A stretch of DNA of 25,217 nt from a virus (Duplodnaviria > Caudoviricetes), in IMG/VR virus record IMGVR_UViG_3300025782_000067, positions 1-25,217 of that record; one strand, 5' to 3'. A model generated the notes under the pieces. The model ran no database searches, was not told the origin of the DNA, and was given only the letters and a program-made list of their open reading frames with translations. Every line of letters starts with the position of its first letter. The stretch's first letter is position 1. Of the stretch, positions 25,104 to 25,217 are shown piece after piece. The position numbers and the translations under genes were made by a program.

Positions 25104-25132
25104 ATTCTAGGGTACCCCCTATGCCTTGTCAA
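25104..25132 (-). promoter_or_regulatory. Near-consensus promoter giving a predicted leaderless mRNA
   Basis: TTGACA-17 nt-TAGAAT-6 nt-ATG(25097); no Shine-Dalgarno sequence. Confidence 0.8.
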
Positions 25133-25217
25133 GTGTTTGAACGTATGTTCCTATATTAGGGTATAAAATTCACGTGCGGTAGCACCGCGCGGGCACGCGC
25201 TGTGTACGGTCTCACTC

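Noticed and set aside
1-25217. Diversity-generating retroelement, retron or transposon
   Set aside because: No reverse transcriptase or transposase motifs and no template/variable repeat pair were seen.

Overview
The window is part of a tailed dsDNA bacteriophage genome (about 44% GC by eye) with a contractile tail. The minus strand from 17.25 kb leftward carries a Holliday junction resolvase region and then a morphogenesis operon. That operon runs: terminase large subunit, portal, a very basic protein, a multidomain prohead protease/scaffold, major capsid, head-tail joining proteins, tail sheath, tail tube, tail assembly chaperone with a predicted -1 frameshift extension, and the start of the tape measure gene (cut off by the window edge). 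A divergent plus-strand block (17.3-24.0 kb) holds tRNA-Asn(GTT), tRNA-Gln(TTG), GroES and a candidate DNA-modification set: a DUF6065-like protein, an Nmad1/DUF1599-like protein, a 2OG-Fe(II) oxygenase and two amino-methyltransferases. One methyltransferase is broken by an exact 38-bp tandem duplication. The other carries an in-frame insert of about 355 aa that looks like a QueC-like PP-loop ATPase with a Zn site; this is the strongest candidate for an undescribed system. Several promoters predict leaderless mRNAs, which hints at an actinobacterial host (inference). All family assignments come from motif recognition by eye; no database search was run.
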